Shown: one piece after another, positions 1 through 13,339 of the stretch
How positions within the stretch are numbered: position 1 is the stretch's first letter
Layout: every line of letters begins with the position of its first letter
Source of the DNA: Eledone cirrhosa
Taxonomy: Eukaryota
Reading direction: 5' to 3'
NCBI GenBank assembly: GCA_964016885.1
Contig: OZ024763.1
Span: 23,870,001-23,934,000 of the forward strand
Length of the DNA: 64,000 nt
Program-made: the position numbers and the translations under genes
Notes under the pieces: model-generated
Seen by the model: only the letters and a program-made list of their open reading frames with translations
Told to the model about the DNA's origin: nothing
Databases searched by the model: none

Positions 1-1691
1 TGCTAGGAACAGCAAGGATTCTAAGGTGCCGTGTGCAGAAAAGAGCATTGCTAGGAACAGCAGGGATTCTAAGGTGCCGTGTGCAGAAAACAGCATTGCT
101 AGGAACAGCAGGGATTCTAAGGTGCCGTGTGCAGAAAACAGCATTGCTAGGAACAGCAGGGATTCTAAGGTGCCGTGTGCAGAAAACAGCATTGCTAGGA
201 ACAGCAAGTATTCTAAGGTGCCGTGTGCAGAAAACAGCATTGCTAGGAACAGCAAGTATTCTAAGGTGCCGTGTGCAGAAAACAGCATTGCTAGGAACAG
301 CAGGGATTCTAAGGTGCCGTGTGCAGAAAACAGCATTGCTAGGAACAGCAAGTATTCTAAGGTGCCTTGTGCAGAAAACAGCATTGCTAGGAACAGCAGG
401 GATTCTAAGGTGCCGTGTGCAGAAAACAGCATTGCTAGGAACAGCAGGGATTCTAAGGTGCCGTGTGCAGAAAACAGCATTGCTAGGAACAGCAAGTATT
501 CTAAGGTGCCGTGTGCAGAAAACAGCATTGCTAGGAACAGCAAGTATTCTAAGGTGCCGTGTGCAGAAAACAGCATTGCTAGGAACAGCAGGGATTCTAA
601 GGTGCCGTGTGCAGAAAACAGCATTGCTAGGAACAGCAAGGATTCTAAGGTGCCGTGTGCAGAAAACAGCATTGCTAGGAACAGCAGGGATTCTAAGGTG
701 CCGTGTGCAGAAAACAGCATTGCTAGGAACAGCAGGGATTCTAAGGTGCTGTGTGCAGAAAACAGCATTGCTAGGAACAGCAGGGATTCTAAGGTGCCGT
801 GTGCAGAAAACAGCATTGCTAGGAACAGCAGGGATTCTAAGGTGCCGTGTGCAGAAAACAGCATTGCTAGGAACAGCAGGGATTCTAAGGTGCCGTGTGC
901 AGAAAACAGCATTGCTAGGAACAGCAAGTATTCTAAGGTGCCGTGTGCAGAAAACAGCATTGCTAGGAACAGCAAGTATTCTAAGGTGCCGTGTGCAGAA
1001 AACAGCATTGCTAGGAACAGCAGGGATTCTAAGGTGCCGTGTGCAGAAAACAGCATTGCTAGGAACAGCAAGGATTCTAAGGTGCCGTGTGCAGAAAACA
1101 GCATTGCTAGGAACAGCAGGGATTCTAAGGTGCCGTGTGCAGAAAACAGCATTGCTAGGAACAGCAGGGATTCTAAGGTGCCGTGTGCAGAAAACAGCAT
1201 TGCTAGGAACAGCAGGGATTCTAAGGTGCCGTGTGCAGAAAACAGCATTGCTAGGAACAGCAGGGATTCTAAGGTGCCGTGTGCAGAAAACAGCATTGCT
1301 AGGAACAGCAGGGATTCTAAGGTGCCGTGTGCAGAAAACAGCATTGCTAGGAACAGCAGGGATTCTAAGGTGCCGTGTGCAGAAAACAGCATTGCTAGGA
1401 ACAGCAGGGATTCTAAGGTGCCGTGTGCAGAAAAGAGCATTGCTAGGAACAGCAGGGATTCTAAGGTGCCGTGTGCAGAAAACAGCATTGCTAGGAACAG
1501 CAAGTATTCTAAGGTGCCGTGTGCAGAAAACAGCATTGCAAGGAACAGCAGGGATTCTAAGGTGCCGTGTGCAGAAAAGAGCATTGCTAGGAACAGCAGG
1601 GATTCTAAGGTGCCGTGTGCAGAAAACAGCATTGCTAGGAACAGCAAGTATTCTAAGGTGCCGTGTGCAGAAAACAGCATTGCTAGGAACA
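1..1691 (+). repeat. 48-bp tandem minisatellite (~35 copies, continues off the left edge) derived from the last codons of an R4/Dong-type LINE ORF
   Basis: Unit gtgcagaaaacagcattgctaggaacagcagggattctaaggtgccgt translates as VQKTALLGTAGILRCR, matching the LINE C-terminus QKACLLGTARTLRYVL at 12444-12500. Confidence 0.9.
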
Positions 1692-1893
1692 GGTGCCGTG
1701 TTGGAAAGTTTGAAGGGGAAGGAATGGCCCAAGGAACCATTCACCATTAGCTATGGCTCGCCCTTTTGGTATAGCTTCTTGTTGAAATATTAGTACATAC
1801 TAGCAGAAAAACCATCCACGGGTAATTTTCTGCTAGTATGTGTAGTGTGCATATTGATGGAACAATGAAAATGTTTCCATTACCATTACAAGG

Positions 1894-1988
1894 GGTCTGA
1901 CGAGCCGCGAATTACAGAGTCGCGTCAGATCGATACAGATCGAATCTTGAGCTCATCAGTGGAGAAAGGCGCGACACCAATCAATAAA
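1894..1988 (+). ncRNA. Hammerhead ribozyme-like motif, long stem II family (degenerate copy A)
   Basis: ggt-CTGACGA-~60 nt hairpin-GAAA-ggcgc-GAC-acc then AATAAA; cleavage triplet mutated relative to the copy at 28571. Confidence 0.5.
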
Positions 1989-2176
1989 CGTAATGAAGTA
2001 ATGAGTAACCAATCGTCCTTGTTATCTTTTCACTATAATACACTCTGCCTAGCTCTACACCTCGACACTGAAGTGAACCTAAACATCGAGTGCTCACCCG
2101 GGTGAACCTGTAGGTTCACCCGGGTGAGCACTCCAAGTTATACTCCCTGGATATATAGATATATATATAAATGTCT

Positions 2177-2434
2177 ACAGTCTTAAGCCAGAAGGCTCAT
2201 TTGGCCGGTGCTTATCCCGGTTTCATGGCGTGAAGCGACTGAGAGCACAAGACAACCCCCTGGACAGGACGCCATTCCATCGCAGGATTGAATCCCCAGC
2301 TATTGCTGGCACTCATTTTCAGCTGAGTATACTGGAGCAACGTGGAGGGAAGTGTTTTACTCAAGAACACAACACGCAACTTAGGAATCGAACCCACGAC
2401 ATTATGGTCCTAAGTCAAACATTCTTACCACTAG

Positions 2435-2438
<4 letters not shown>
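2177..2438 (-). mobile_element. tRNA-derived SINE (family 2)
   Basis: Minus strand: A box tggcctagtggt, B box gggttcgattcc, then gtgttcttgagtaaaacactt core; its 3' part recurs at 23417-23508. Confidence 0.8.
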
Positions 2439-2510
<72 letters not shown>

Positions 2511-2809
2511 TACATATATACACACACACACAAACACATACATGTATACATAAACGCATACATACACATACATACATGCATGCATGCATTTGGTTGAAGC
2601 AAATTTAAATATTCTTCAAAACATATTTATATTTGAAGAAAGAAATTGTAACAAAATGGTATCGAAATATGATGGTAAATATTGAATATTGATACATGAA
2701 GCCAATTGATTGAATATCGATATATGAAGGCGTTTTATTGAATATAATATTTGTTAATGGACACAGTCTACTGGCTGGAACCAGTGGAAGGAGCGATACA
2801 CCTGGGTAG

Positions 2810-2811
<2 letters not shown>

Positions 2812-2861
<50 letters not shown>

Positions 2862-2884
2862 TATGCATAAATTGCAAATATATA

Positions 2885-2923
<39 letters not shown>

Positions 2924-3082
2924 GGTATATATATATATATATATACATGCATACATACATGTATATATATATATATATATATGGTATATATATATATATA
3001 CATGCATACATACATGTATAAATATATATATATATGGTATATATATATATATATATATGGTATATATATATATATATACATG

Positions 3083-3113
<31 letters not shown>

Positions 3114-3318
3114 GGTATATATATATATATATATATATCTATACATGCATACATACATGTATATATATATATATACACATACATATATATATATATACAT
3201 ATACACATATATATATATATATACATTTGTATGTATATACATAAATACATGTATATATATATATACACATATATATATATTTACATATACACTCACATAT
3301 ATACTCACACATACATAG

Positions 3319-3392
<74 letters not shown>

Positions 3393-3559
3393 TAGGAAGA
3401 TGGTAATAAGAAAATGGTGGAAAAGATAAGAGATAAATCTACATACACAGAGAGAGATAAATAAACAGACATAGTATTTTTTTCTGAGTTCGTATGTGTA
3501 CATTCGCATACATATACACACTTTTATATATATATATAATGTATATATCCACATTTGCA

Positions 3560-3598
<39 letters not shown>

Positions 3599-3614
3599 TA
3601 TATATATACACATT

Positions 3615-3661
<47 letters not shown>

Positions 3662-3677
3662 TATATATATACACATT

Positions 3678-3711
<34 letters not shown>

Positions 3712-3922
3712 GTATATATACACATTTTCATATATGTATATATATATAATGTATATATACAGATTTACATATATTTACATATATGTATATATAATATATA
3801 TATACTCATTTACATATATGTATATATATATATATAATGTATATATATATACATTTACATATATGTATATAATGTATATATACACATTTAAATATATGTA
3901 TATATATATATATACATTTACA

Positions 3923-3975
<53 letters not shown>

Positions 3976-4098
3976 TATATACATATATAATGTATATACA
4001 CACATATAATGTATATATACACATATAATGTATATATACACATTTACATATATGTACGTAAATATATATGTATATATACGCGCACGCACATATACACA

Positions 4099-4156
<58 letters not shown>

Positions 4157-4493
4157 GGAGGGTCATATTTGTGTAATAATATTGCCAGAATTAATAACAG
4201 AACACACTCACTGTTTGGTTGGTTTTCGCTTCTGTGTCTTTTATATCGGTTAATTTAATTTATTCGGTCCTCAATGTTACCATTGACTTACCAACGGTCA
4301 AAAATACAGATTCAATATAGACACAAACACATTTATAGTCTAACAAAGTTCTTTCGTTGCACATCTGCAACATCGTCAGTGGTGCTATTATGTTCCCTCC
4401 TGCTGTATCGTATGCCTACGCCACCTTTATTTAGTCTATTTATTTCGACACACGATTTCATATCAAAAACCTCGCAAAACTAATTCATCGCCG

Positions 4494-4544
<51 letters not shown>

Positions 4545-5101
4545 TGTGTGTGTATACACTTATGTGTGTGTGTATATATATATATACTAAATATTTATAT
4601 ACTACGCTCTAAAAGACTCTCTGAATGAAGGTATTGAGCACGTTTGTGTGTGACGAGGGGAAGGCGGCCTTTGGCTACGTATGCATATGTGTGTGTATAT
4701 GTGTGTGTGTGAGAGTATGTGTATATATATGTGTGTGTGTGAATATATATAGATGTATGTGTATATATATATGTGTGTGTATATATATGTGTATATATAT
4801 ATGTGTGTGTGTGTGTATATATATATATGTATGTGTATATATATATGTATGTGTGTGTGTGTATTTATATATGTATGTGTATATATGTGTATATATCTAT
4901 ATATATGTGTGCGTGTGTGTGTATATATTTATGTATGTGTATATATATGTGTATATATATGTGTGTATATATATATATGTATATATATGTATATATATGT
5001 GTGTGTGTGTGTGTGTATATATATATGTATGTGTATATATAAGTGTATATATATATGTGCGTGTATATATATATGTGTGTGTATATATATATACATATAT
5101 A
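2812..5101. repeat. (TA)n/(TG)n compound microsatellite field with short unique islands
   Basis: Direct inspection. Confidence 0.9.
4338..4386 (-). ncRNA. Minimal hammerhead-like motif in a (TA)n-embedded element
   Basis: Minus strand CTGACGA-t-gttgca-gatg-tgcaac-GAAA; perfect 6-bp stem II, weak stem I. Confidence 0.45.
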
Positions 5102-5601
5102 TCCAAGTGTGTGTAGGCCACGCGATGAGAGCCGCATCTCATGTTTCAGGTGTGTTCCACCATTGTTGAAATAGAAGGGACTGACAGAAAGAGTAGTTGT
5201 TGTTGGTGGTGGTGGGGTGGTGATGTGGGTGGTGGTGATGTTGGTGGTGGTGGTGCTGTTGTTGTTGGGGGTGATGGTGATGGTGGTGCTGTTGTTGTTG
5301 GGGGTCGTGGTGATGGTGGTGGTGGTGGTGCTGTTGTTGTTGGAGTTGATGGTGATGGTGGTGGTGGTAATGCTGTTGCTGGAGAAGGTGGTGCTACTGT
5401 TGTTGTTGTTAGAGGTGGTGGTGGTGGTGGTGGTAGTAGTGCTGTTGTTGACGGTGGTGGTGGTGGTGTTGTTGGAGGTTGTGGTGGTGTAGTTGTTGAT
5501 GTTTTAGGAAATAGGTGTTTTTTCTTTATAACGAAACAGATATCGGTGGGTGGTAGGCGGGGGTTGATCACTGACCAGGTGGATATATATATATATATAT
5601 A

Positions 5602-5762
5602 TAGGAAAAAGTATGACCCCGACGGCAGAGCTCAAGCCGTTTCGACGGCTATTTCTGGACTAGTAGTCGGGGTCATACTTTTTCCTATTTCCCACTCTAC
5701 TACCCTAAGTATTGAGTACTCTGGTGCGTTATGGTCCAGCTGGTTCCTTACCACAATTCCTT
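5602..5762. mobile_element. (TA)n-embedded fold-back element; copies at 6266-6316, 10901-11059, 40722-40912, 51617-51833, 53475-53674
   Basis: Shared sequence ggaaaaagtatgaccccgacggcagagctcaagccgtttcgacggct...ctaccctaagtattgagtact with an inverted duplication of one end. Confidence 0.8.
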
Positions 5763-5764
5763 TG

Positions 5765-5990
5765 CGGTGGATTGGCAGTATCGGTAGAGGGTCGGACGCC
5801 ATGCTTTGACGCATAGAGTTACGGCCCTTGCCATTCTGAGTTCAAATCCCGCCGAGGTTAACTTTGCCTTTCATCCTTACGGGGTCGATAAAATAAAGTA
5901 CCTGTCACGCACTGGGGTCGATTTAATTGACTCCCTCCCCCCCCCAAAAAAAAATTGTTGGCCTTGTGCCTAAATCAGAAACCATCATTA
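5765..5990 (+). mobile_element. tRNA-derived SINE (family 1)
   Basis: A box tggcagtatcggt, B box gagttcaaatcc, conserved core ctttgcctttcatccttacggggtcgataaaataaagtacc; many copies in the window. Confidence 0.85.
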
Positions 5991-6334
5991 ACTTCTCATT
6001 TAACGGTAGTTATTTCTTTCAAAAGCTCTGGTAAAGTACCAGTAATACACTGGGATAATTGGTGGCCTTGTGCCAAAAGTAGAAACAGTTATATATATAT
6101 ATATATATATATTTATATGTCTTTGTTTATTTGGATAGATAATTACTTAAACAGACAGGCAAATAGATAGATAAGATAGAAAGAATGATATCTAGATATA
6201 TAGACAATGACATACAGTGAAAAAAATAGACAGACAGACACTGAGAAAAAGATTATATATATATAGGAAAATGTATGACCCTGACGGCAGAGCTCAAGCC
6301 GTTTCGACGGCTATTTTTATATATATATATATAT

Positions 6335-6717
<383 letters not shown>

Positions 6718-6833
6718 ATCCCGGGTTCAATCGGAGGTAACCACAGTATGTAAGGTACTCAATACATAGCAGAGTATAAATATTTAATATATAGAAATGG
6801 CTTCTACAGGGCTAGAACTGTTTCATTCGGGAA

Positions 6834-6901
<68 letters not shown>

Positions 6902-6921
6902 CCCGAATGAAACAGTTCTAG

Positions 6922-6991
<70 letters not shown>

Positions 6992-7156
6992 AAAGTTTGT
7001 CCTTCATCAGTGATCTTCCAACCATCATAGGCATTTCATCGCTTTTATACCTCCGGTTGGTGCGAGTAACGGCTAAAAAAAGACGTTGGGACACGTAAAT
7101 AAAGGGGACGCGAGGGTAAACAAACAAAATGGTGAAGCAACAGAAAGTCAGGAAGA

Positions 7157-7209
<53 letters not shown>

Positions 7210-7379
7210 CTAGATATATAAATAGACAGTGACAGAAAGACACACAGTGACTGACAGACAGAGAAATATATATATAAGAGGGAGAGACTGAGAGAGAGAG
7301 AGAGAGAGAAGGAGAGAGAGACAGATATATAGATAAATAGAGACAGAAGGAACGATATCTAGATATATAAATAGCCAGT

Positions 7380-7427
<48 letters not shown>

Positions 7428-7579
7428 AGACAGATAATACATTCTTTACGTGTTGCTTTTTCCAATTCCGTAACGAAATTGAAGAATTTATTATCAGTTC
7501 CAAAGTAGCTTCAGCTAAGATTGTTTTGAATAAACAGACTGGCTTAATTGGTGGAATAGAGGAAGGGTTTTATCTAGAA

Positions 7580-9210
7580 TGGTGGGGTGTGGTGTAGCTG
7601 GAGATGGTGTGGTGTCGTGTCGTGTCGTGTCGTGTCGTGTGGTGTGGTGTGGTGTGGTGTGGTGTGGTGTGGTGTGGTGTGGTGTGGTGTGGTGTGGTGT
7701 GGTGTGGTGTGGTGTGGTATAGTTGGAGGGACATAGGTGTGGTGCGGTGTGGTGTGGTGCGATGTGGTATGTTGTGGTATAGTTGGAGAGACATAGGTGT
7801 GGTGTGGTGGAGATGTATTGGTGTGGTGTGGTGTGGTGGAGATGTATTGGTGTGGTGTGGTGTGGTATAGTTGGAGGGACATAGGTGTGGTGGAGATGTA
7901 TTGGTGTGGTGTGGTGTGGTGTGGTATAGTTGGAGGGACATAGGTGTGGTGTGGTGTGGTGTGGTATAGTTGGAGGGACATAGGTGTGGTGGAGATGTAT
8001 TGGTGTGGTGTGGTGTGGTGTGGTATAGTTGGAGGGACATAGGTGTGGTGTGGTGTGGTGTGGTATAGTTGGAGGGACATAGGTGTGGTATAGTTGGAGG
8101 GACATAGGTGTGGTGGAGATGTGTGGTGTGGTGTGGTGTGGTATAGTTGGAGGGACATTGGTGTGGTGTGGTGTGGTGTGGTGGAGATGTATTGGTGTGG
8201 TGTGGTGTGGTATAGTTGGAGGGACATAGGTGTGGTGTGGTGGAGATGTATTGGTGTGGTGTAGTGTAGTGTGGTATAGTTGGAGGGACATAGGTGTGGT
8301 GGAGATGTATTGGTGTGGTGTAGTGTGGTGTGGTATAGTTGAAGGGACATAGGTGTGGTGTGGTGGAGATGTATTGGTGTGGTGTAGTGTGGTGTGGTAT
8401 AGTTGGAGGGACATAGGTGTGGTGTGGTGTGGTGGAGCTGGATATGTATTGCTGTGGTGTAGAGTGGTGTGATGTGGTGTAGTGTGGTGTACCTGGAGGC
8501 ACATAGGTGGAGTGTGGTGTGGTGTAGAGTGGTGTGATGTGGTGTAGTGTGGTGTAGCTGGAGGCACATAGGTGGAGTGTGGTGTGGTGTAGAGTGGTGG
8601 AGTGTGGTGTGGTGTAGAGTGGTGTGATGTGGTGTAGTGTGGTGTAGCTGGAGGCACATAGGTGGAGTGTGGTGTGGTGTGGGGTAGCTGGAAGTACAGA
8701 GGTATGGTGTGGTGTACGGTAGCTGGAGGTACTGTAGTGTGGTGTAGCGTGGTGTATCGTGGTGTAGGGTGGTGTAGTGTGATGTGGTGTAGTGTGATGT
8801 AGGGTCGTGTGGAGTGGCATGATGTTCTGTAGGGTAGGGTCGTGTGGGGTGGCATGATGTTCTGTAGGGTGATGTAGTGTGGTGTGGTGTCGTGTAGTGT
8901 GATGCAGGGTCGTGTGGGGTGGCATGATGTGCTGTAGGGTAGCGTGGTATGGTGTGGTGTAGTGTCGTGACATGATGTGGTGTAGGGTGGTGCTTTGAGG
9001 ACAGAGTAGGCTTTATTTGAAAATAGTGTATTATGTTGTAGTTGAGGATGTAGTAGTGTTTATTATAAATACTGTAGTGTGACGTAGTGGGTGTAGGGTG
9101 GTGTAGGGTGGTGTAGGGTGGTGTAGGGTGGTGTAGTGTAGTGTAGTGTAGTGTAGGGTGGTGTAGTGTGGTGTAGAATGGTGTAGGGTAGTGCAGTGTG
9201 GTGTAGTGGG
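7580..9210. repeat. (GGTGT)n pentanucleotide satellite with higher-order units (atagttggagggacataggt)
   Basis: Direct inspection. Confidence 0.9.
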
Positions 9211-9567
9211 TGTGTCTGGACTGACTTTATCTCAATTACAAACTTATCTACCAATCACCTTTCTTTCGCAACCGGTAAACACCAACAACTGTAACAACAT
9301 CAGTAACAACAACAACAGTGATATTGAAATCAACAATAACAACAGCAGTAACAGCGACAACAACAACAACACCAGTGACAGTGACAACAACAATATCAAC
9401 AATAACTGGGGCAACAGCAACAACAATAACAACAAGCACCCCCCATATTAAAGTGAAATAACTTTGCAACTGGTCAAAATAAACCCGAAAAAAAAGAGAT
9501 CATACCCGCCTCCACACACACACATACAAACACACACACATATATATATAGTTATATTTTTTTTTAC

Positions 9568-9740
9568 TTTAGGCACAAGGCCAGCAATTAACCAGTACAT
9601 TACTGGTACTTTATTTTATCGACCCCGTAAGGATGAAAGGCAAAGTTAACCTCGGCGGGATTTCAACTCAGATCGTAAAGGGACGTAACTATGCTGGAAA
9701 GCATGGCGTCCCACCCTCTACCGATACTGCCAATCCACCA
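9568..9740 (-). mobile_element. SINE family 1 copy
   Basis: Reverse complement of 5765-5990. Confidence 0.85.
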
Positions 9741-9765
9741 AAATCTGAAGAGGGATCGGTAAGGG

Positions 9766-9796
<31 letters not shown>

Positions 9797-9801
<5 letters not shown>

Positions 9802-10752
9802 ACAAGACGTGCTGCGTGGTTGCAAATGGGTTACATATGAATAAATTTAGTCCTTCATCAGTGATCTTCCAACCTTCATTGGTATTTCATCGCTTTAAAG
9901 ACCATATACCTCCGGTTGGTGCGATCAACGGCTAAAGAAAGTCGTTGGGACACGTAAATAAGGGGACCGAGCGAAATTGTAAACAATCAAAGATGGTAAT
10001 GCAACGAAAAGTAAGGAAGAAGGAGTCAAGTCCCAGAAATCGATGAATATAAGTTCTGTGAAATCGTGGACGAGAGAGAATAGAGACCATCAAACCTAGT
10101 CGAAATGTGAGCAAGGAAAGAAATTCGCACAGGTCAAACGGGAGGAGGAAGGAGTCTAGTCCCTGAATTCGGTGAACATAAGTTCTGTGAAATCGTAGAC
10201 GAGAGAGAAAAAAAAGGGGCATACGTCAAAACGGCCGGTCGCAAAAGTGAAACTAATTTTTGACAGATACGTACACGTTATAAGAGTTATTTAAATTTAT
10301 ATATATAAAATAAAGGAGCAAATAAGTCAGTCATGTGTGTGTATATATGTGCAAATAAGTCAGTCATGTGTGTGTATATATGTGTGTGTGTGTGTAAACA
10401 AATGTAAAAGTACACACACATATACACTTATATATGCACACATACACACTATAATATATACGCGTGTGTGTGTGTAAAATTCTAGGAATCCTTATCTATG
10501 CCCTACATATATTCTTTTACATTCGTTTACACACACACACATATATACACACACACACACATATATACACACACACATGACTGACTTCATATCATGCTCT
10601 TATTTGCTCCTTTATTTTATATATATAAATTTAGATAAATCTTATAACATGTACGTAACTGTCAAAAGTTAGTTTCACATTTGCGACCGGCCGTTTTGAC
10701 GTATGCCAAAAAAGGAACAACCAACCTGGTCAAAGTGTGCGTGAGGAAAGAA
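9797..10752. mobile_element. (TA)n-embedded element (relatives 6987-7156, 23634-23793), interrupted by a MITE
   Basis: Shared gtccttcatcagtgatcttcc...cctccggttggtgcg; minus strand carries CTGATGAAGGAC. Confidence 0.7.
10218..10707. mobile_element. MITE with ~120-bp imperfect TIRs and 8-bp TSD (Merlin-like)
   Basis: Ends ggcatacgtcaaaacggccggtcgcaaa / tttgcgaccggccgttttgacgtatgcc; aaaaaagg duplicated at 10210-10217 and 10708-10715. Confidence 0.85.
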
Positions 10753-11121
10753 TATATATATATATATATATACGAGATATATGTATATATATATAAACCC
10801 GTAGAGCAAATATTTATTATACGAACAGATTATAGTTTAAGCAAATAATCGCTGTCGGCGTCATAACTCTTATCCTATATATATATATATATATATATAT
10901 AACAAAGAAGGTGTGGTAAAAAAAACCATGTGGACCATAGCGCACCAGAGTACTCGATACTTAGGGTAGTAGAGTGGGTAATAGGAAAAGAGTCAGGACC
11001 TTGGATCTAGCTATTGAAACGGCCGGAGCTCAATCGCCGGGGTCTTGACTCTTTTCCTATATATAGTATTAATATATAAGGGGACAAAAAATCAGTGTTA
11101 CATCATATACATATTCAATTG

Positions 11122-11211
11122 CATATTACACATGTTTCACTGTCGATCAACTCGAGGAACGATCTATTAATGATCGAACCTAGCTCTGGAATCGGAAGCT
11201 CCTCAGATATA
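11122..11211 (-). ncRNA. Hammerhead ribozyme-like motif, long stem II family (copy C)
   Basis: Minus strand atat-CTGAGGA-~60 nt-GAAA-catgt-GTA-atat. Confidence 0.6.
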
Positions 11212-11241
11212 TTTTAACATGTAGACTCGCACCTTAACACC

Positions 11242-11318
<77 letters not shown>

Positions 11319-11530
11319 GTGTGTGTGTGTGCGCGCGCGTAGGGAGAGGGAGGTACGGAGAATGAAGGAGAAGGGAGATAGAAAAGAGGAAAGAGAGAGA
11401 AGGGAAAGAGAGAGAGAATTATTTACCATTGTATATATATATATGTAAAATGTAAACAGAAATAACAACACAATCGGTACAGTATATGGAAGGGATATAT
11501 TAGGTTAACGCTTGATATAGCAGGAAGAGG

Positions 11531-11568
11531 GTCTTAACGTTTCGGACGCTAGTCCTTCGTCAGAAGAA
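11531..11568 (-). ncRNA. Minimal type I hammerhead motif; degenerate relatives at 20921-20960 (+) and 40573-40615 (+)
   Basis: Minus strand tctt-CTGACGA-a-ggac-tagc-gtcc-GAAAC-GTT-aaga; palindromic stem III aacgtt as in Penelope-type minimal hammerheads. Confidence 0.7.
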
Positions 11569-11878
11569 TGAGAAATAAGATAGATTGAGGGGACGGGCAG
11601 GAAGGAATTGGAAAAAAATGTCTTTAGATAAAAATAACAGGTCCATTCATGTTGACATCTCTTGCAAAACTGTTGGTGCTGGCGTTTTATGTATGATTTA
11701 TATTTTAGAAAAAAAAAATTATATATATATAGAGAGAGAGAGGGGGGGGGGGAGAATGGGAGAGATAGAGAGAAGAAAGAGAGAGAGAGAGAGAGAGAGA
11801 GAAGAAAGAGAGAGAGAGAACAAGAGAGAGAAAGGGAAGAATAAGAGCGAGAAAGAGACAGAGAGAGAGAGAGCTTAC

Positions 11879-11988
11879 CATTGTATATTTAGTGTATATT
11901 CTTGCTAGATTATTCATGCTTTGAAAATATTTGAATACTCTATCACAAATATTATTACAAGCAGTGACCCCAGCTTTACTTGTGGCAC
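11879..11988 (-). CDS. Probable internal coding exon of an unidentified gene ((x)ATSKAGVTACNNICDRVFKYFQSMNNLARIYTKYTM)
   Basis: Acceptor tttttaag|, donor atg|gtaagc, only one of three frames open, unique island amid repeats. Confidence 0.5.
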
Positions 11989-12075
11989 CTTAAAAATATT
12001 GGTTTAACTCTTTTGGCAAGGAATTAGCTCTCATTCTCAACACAACATACAATAATAATAATAATAATAATAATT

Positions 12076-12580
12076 TACCACATTCTGAGAAGTGGTATGA
12101 GCATAAGCCAGAGTCGGTGATGGAAAACGATCAGGTGAAGGTGCTGTGGGATTTTAGGATACAGACGGACAAGAAACTGGAACGCAATAGACCTGACCTG
12201 GTGGTTTTGGACAAGGAAAAAAGATCGTGCCTGATTGTGGATGTGGCCTGCCCATTCGACACGAGAGTGCAAGAGAGGGAGAAAATTAACCGATACCAGG
12301 ACTTAAAGTTGGAGGTAAAAAGGATTTGGAACTGCCATGAGGTCAAAGTGGTCTCGATAGTCATAGGCGCACTAGGGACTATCTCGAAGAGTTTCCAAGG
12401 ATGGTTAAAGAAAATTGGTCCCGCCCCGCTTTTTGGAACATTTCAAAAGGCATGCTTGCTGGGAACAGCAAGAACCCTCCGATACGTCCTGAATATCTGA
12501 GGCTGCAGGTAGTGGCTTGATATTCATTTCAACAAACTTTCCAGTTAAATAACATCAATGACTGAGACTCAAAGAACAAT
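12076..12580 (+). mobile_element. 5'-truncated R4/Dong-type non-LTR retrotransposon (RLE domain plus 3' UTR) in (AAT)n
   Basis: ORF 12117-12500 with LWDF.IQTD...RPDLVV.DK...IVDVACP...EKINRYQDL...IVIGALG restriction-like endonuclease motifs; (aat)n on both sides. Confidence 0.9.
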
Positions 12581-12704
12581 AATAATATTAATAATAATAA
12601 GAAGAAAAAAAGAAGAAAAGAAAAAAATGAAGAAAAAGAAAAAAAGAAGAAAAAGAAAAGGAAAGAAAAAGAAGAAGAAGAAGCAAAAAAGGAGAAGGAG
12701 AACA

Positions 12705-13005
12705 TTTTAAACCAATACCAAGATTTAAAGTGGGAATTAAAAAGGATTTGGGACTGTCACGAGATCAAGGTCATCCCGATTTTCAGAGGAGCACTAGGTA
12801 CTATCTCGAAGAGTTTTCCAGGATGGTTAAAAAAACATTAGTCCAGCCCCTGTTTTTGGAACACTTCAAAAGCTATGCTTGCTGGGACCAGCAAGAACCC
12901 TCCGATACGTCCTGAATATCTGAGGCTGCAGGTAGTGGTTTGGTATTCATTTGAACAAACTTTCCAGTTAAATAACATCAAAAATGACAGCCTCCAAGAA
13001 TAACA
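12705..13005 (+). mobile_element. Second, more degraded 3' fragment of the same R4/Dong family
   Basis: High similarity to 12285-12580. Confidence 0.85.
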
Positions 13006-13014
13006 ATAATAATT

Positions 13015-13277
13015 GTTTCTACTTTAGGCACAAGGCCAGCAATTATCCAGTACATTACTGGTACTTTATTTTATCGACCCCCGTAAGGATGAAAGGCAAA
13101 GTTAACCTCGGCGGGATTTGAACTCAGATCGTAAAGAATAACAATAATAATGATAATTGTTTCTACTTTTGGCACAAGGCCAGCAATTTTGGGGGAGTGG
13201 GGAAAGTCGATGAAATCGACCCCAGTGCGTGACTGGTACATTATTTTATCGACCCCGAAAGGATGAAAGGTAAAGCT
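13015..13277 (-). mobile_element. SINE family 1 partial copies
   Basis: Core ttatcgaccccgtaaggatgaaaggcaaag. Confidence 0.8.
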
Positions 13278-13339
13278 AAAAATATTGGTAGACCCTCAAA
13301 ATAAAAAGTGCCACCAAATTAAAAGACAACCAGCATTAA

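Noticed and set aside
26-1793. 574-aa and 586-aa repeat ORFs; superficial CRISPR-like periodicity
   Set aside because: Stop-free 48-bp satellite with no unique spacers and no cas genes; eukaryotic context
5146-5571. Proline-rich extensin-like ORF and Gly-rich ORF on the opposite strand
   Set aside because: (GGT/GTT)n simple repeat; more likely intronic sequence upstream of an acceptor near 5180
5625-5660. Hammerhead in the ccgtcGAAAcggc fold-back family
   Set aside because: GAAAC half is present but no consistent CUGANGA core can be placed upstream
7445-7515. Possible exon beginning c-TGA-AGC-TAC (selenocysteine-like U-S-Y)
   Set aside because: Weak splice sites, an alternative open frame and alternative acceptor exist, no match to a selenoprotein family I recognise and no SECIS seen
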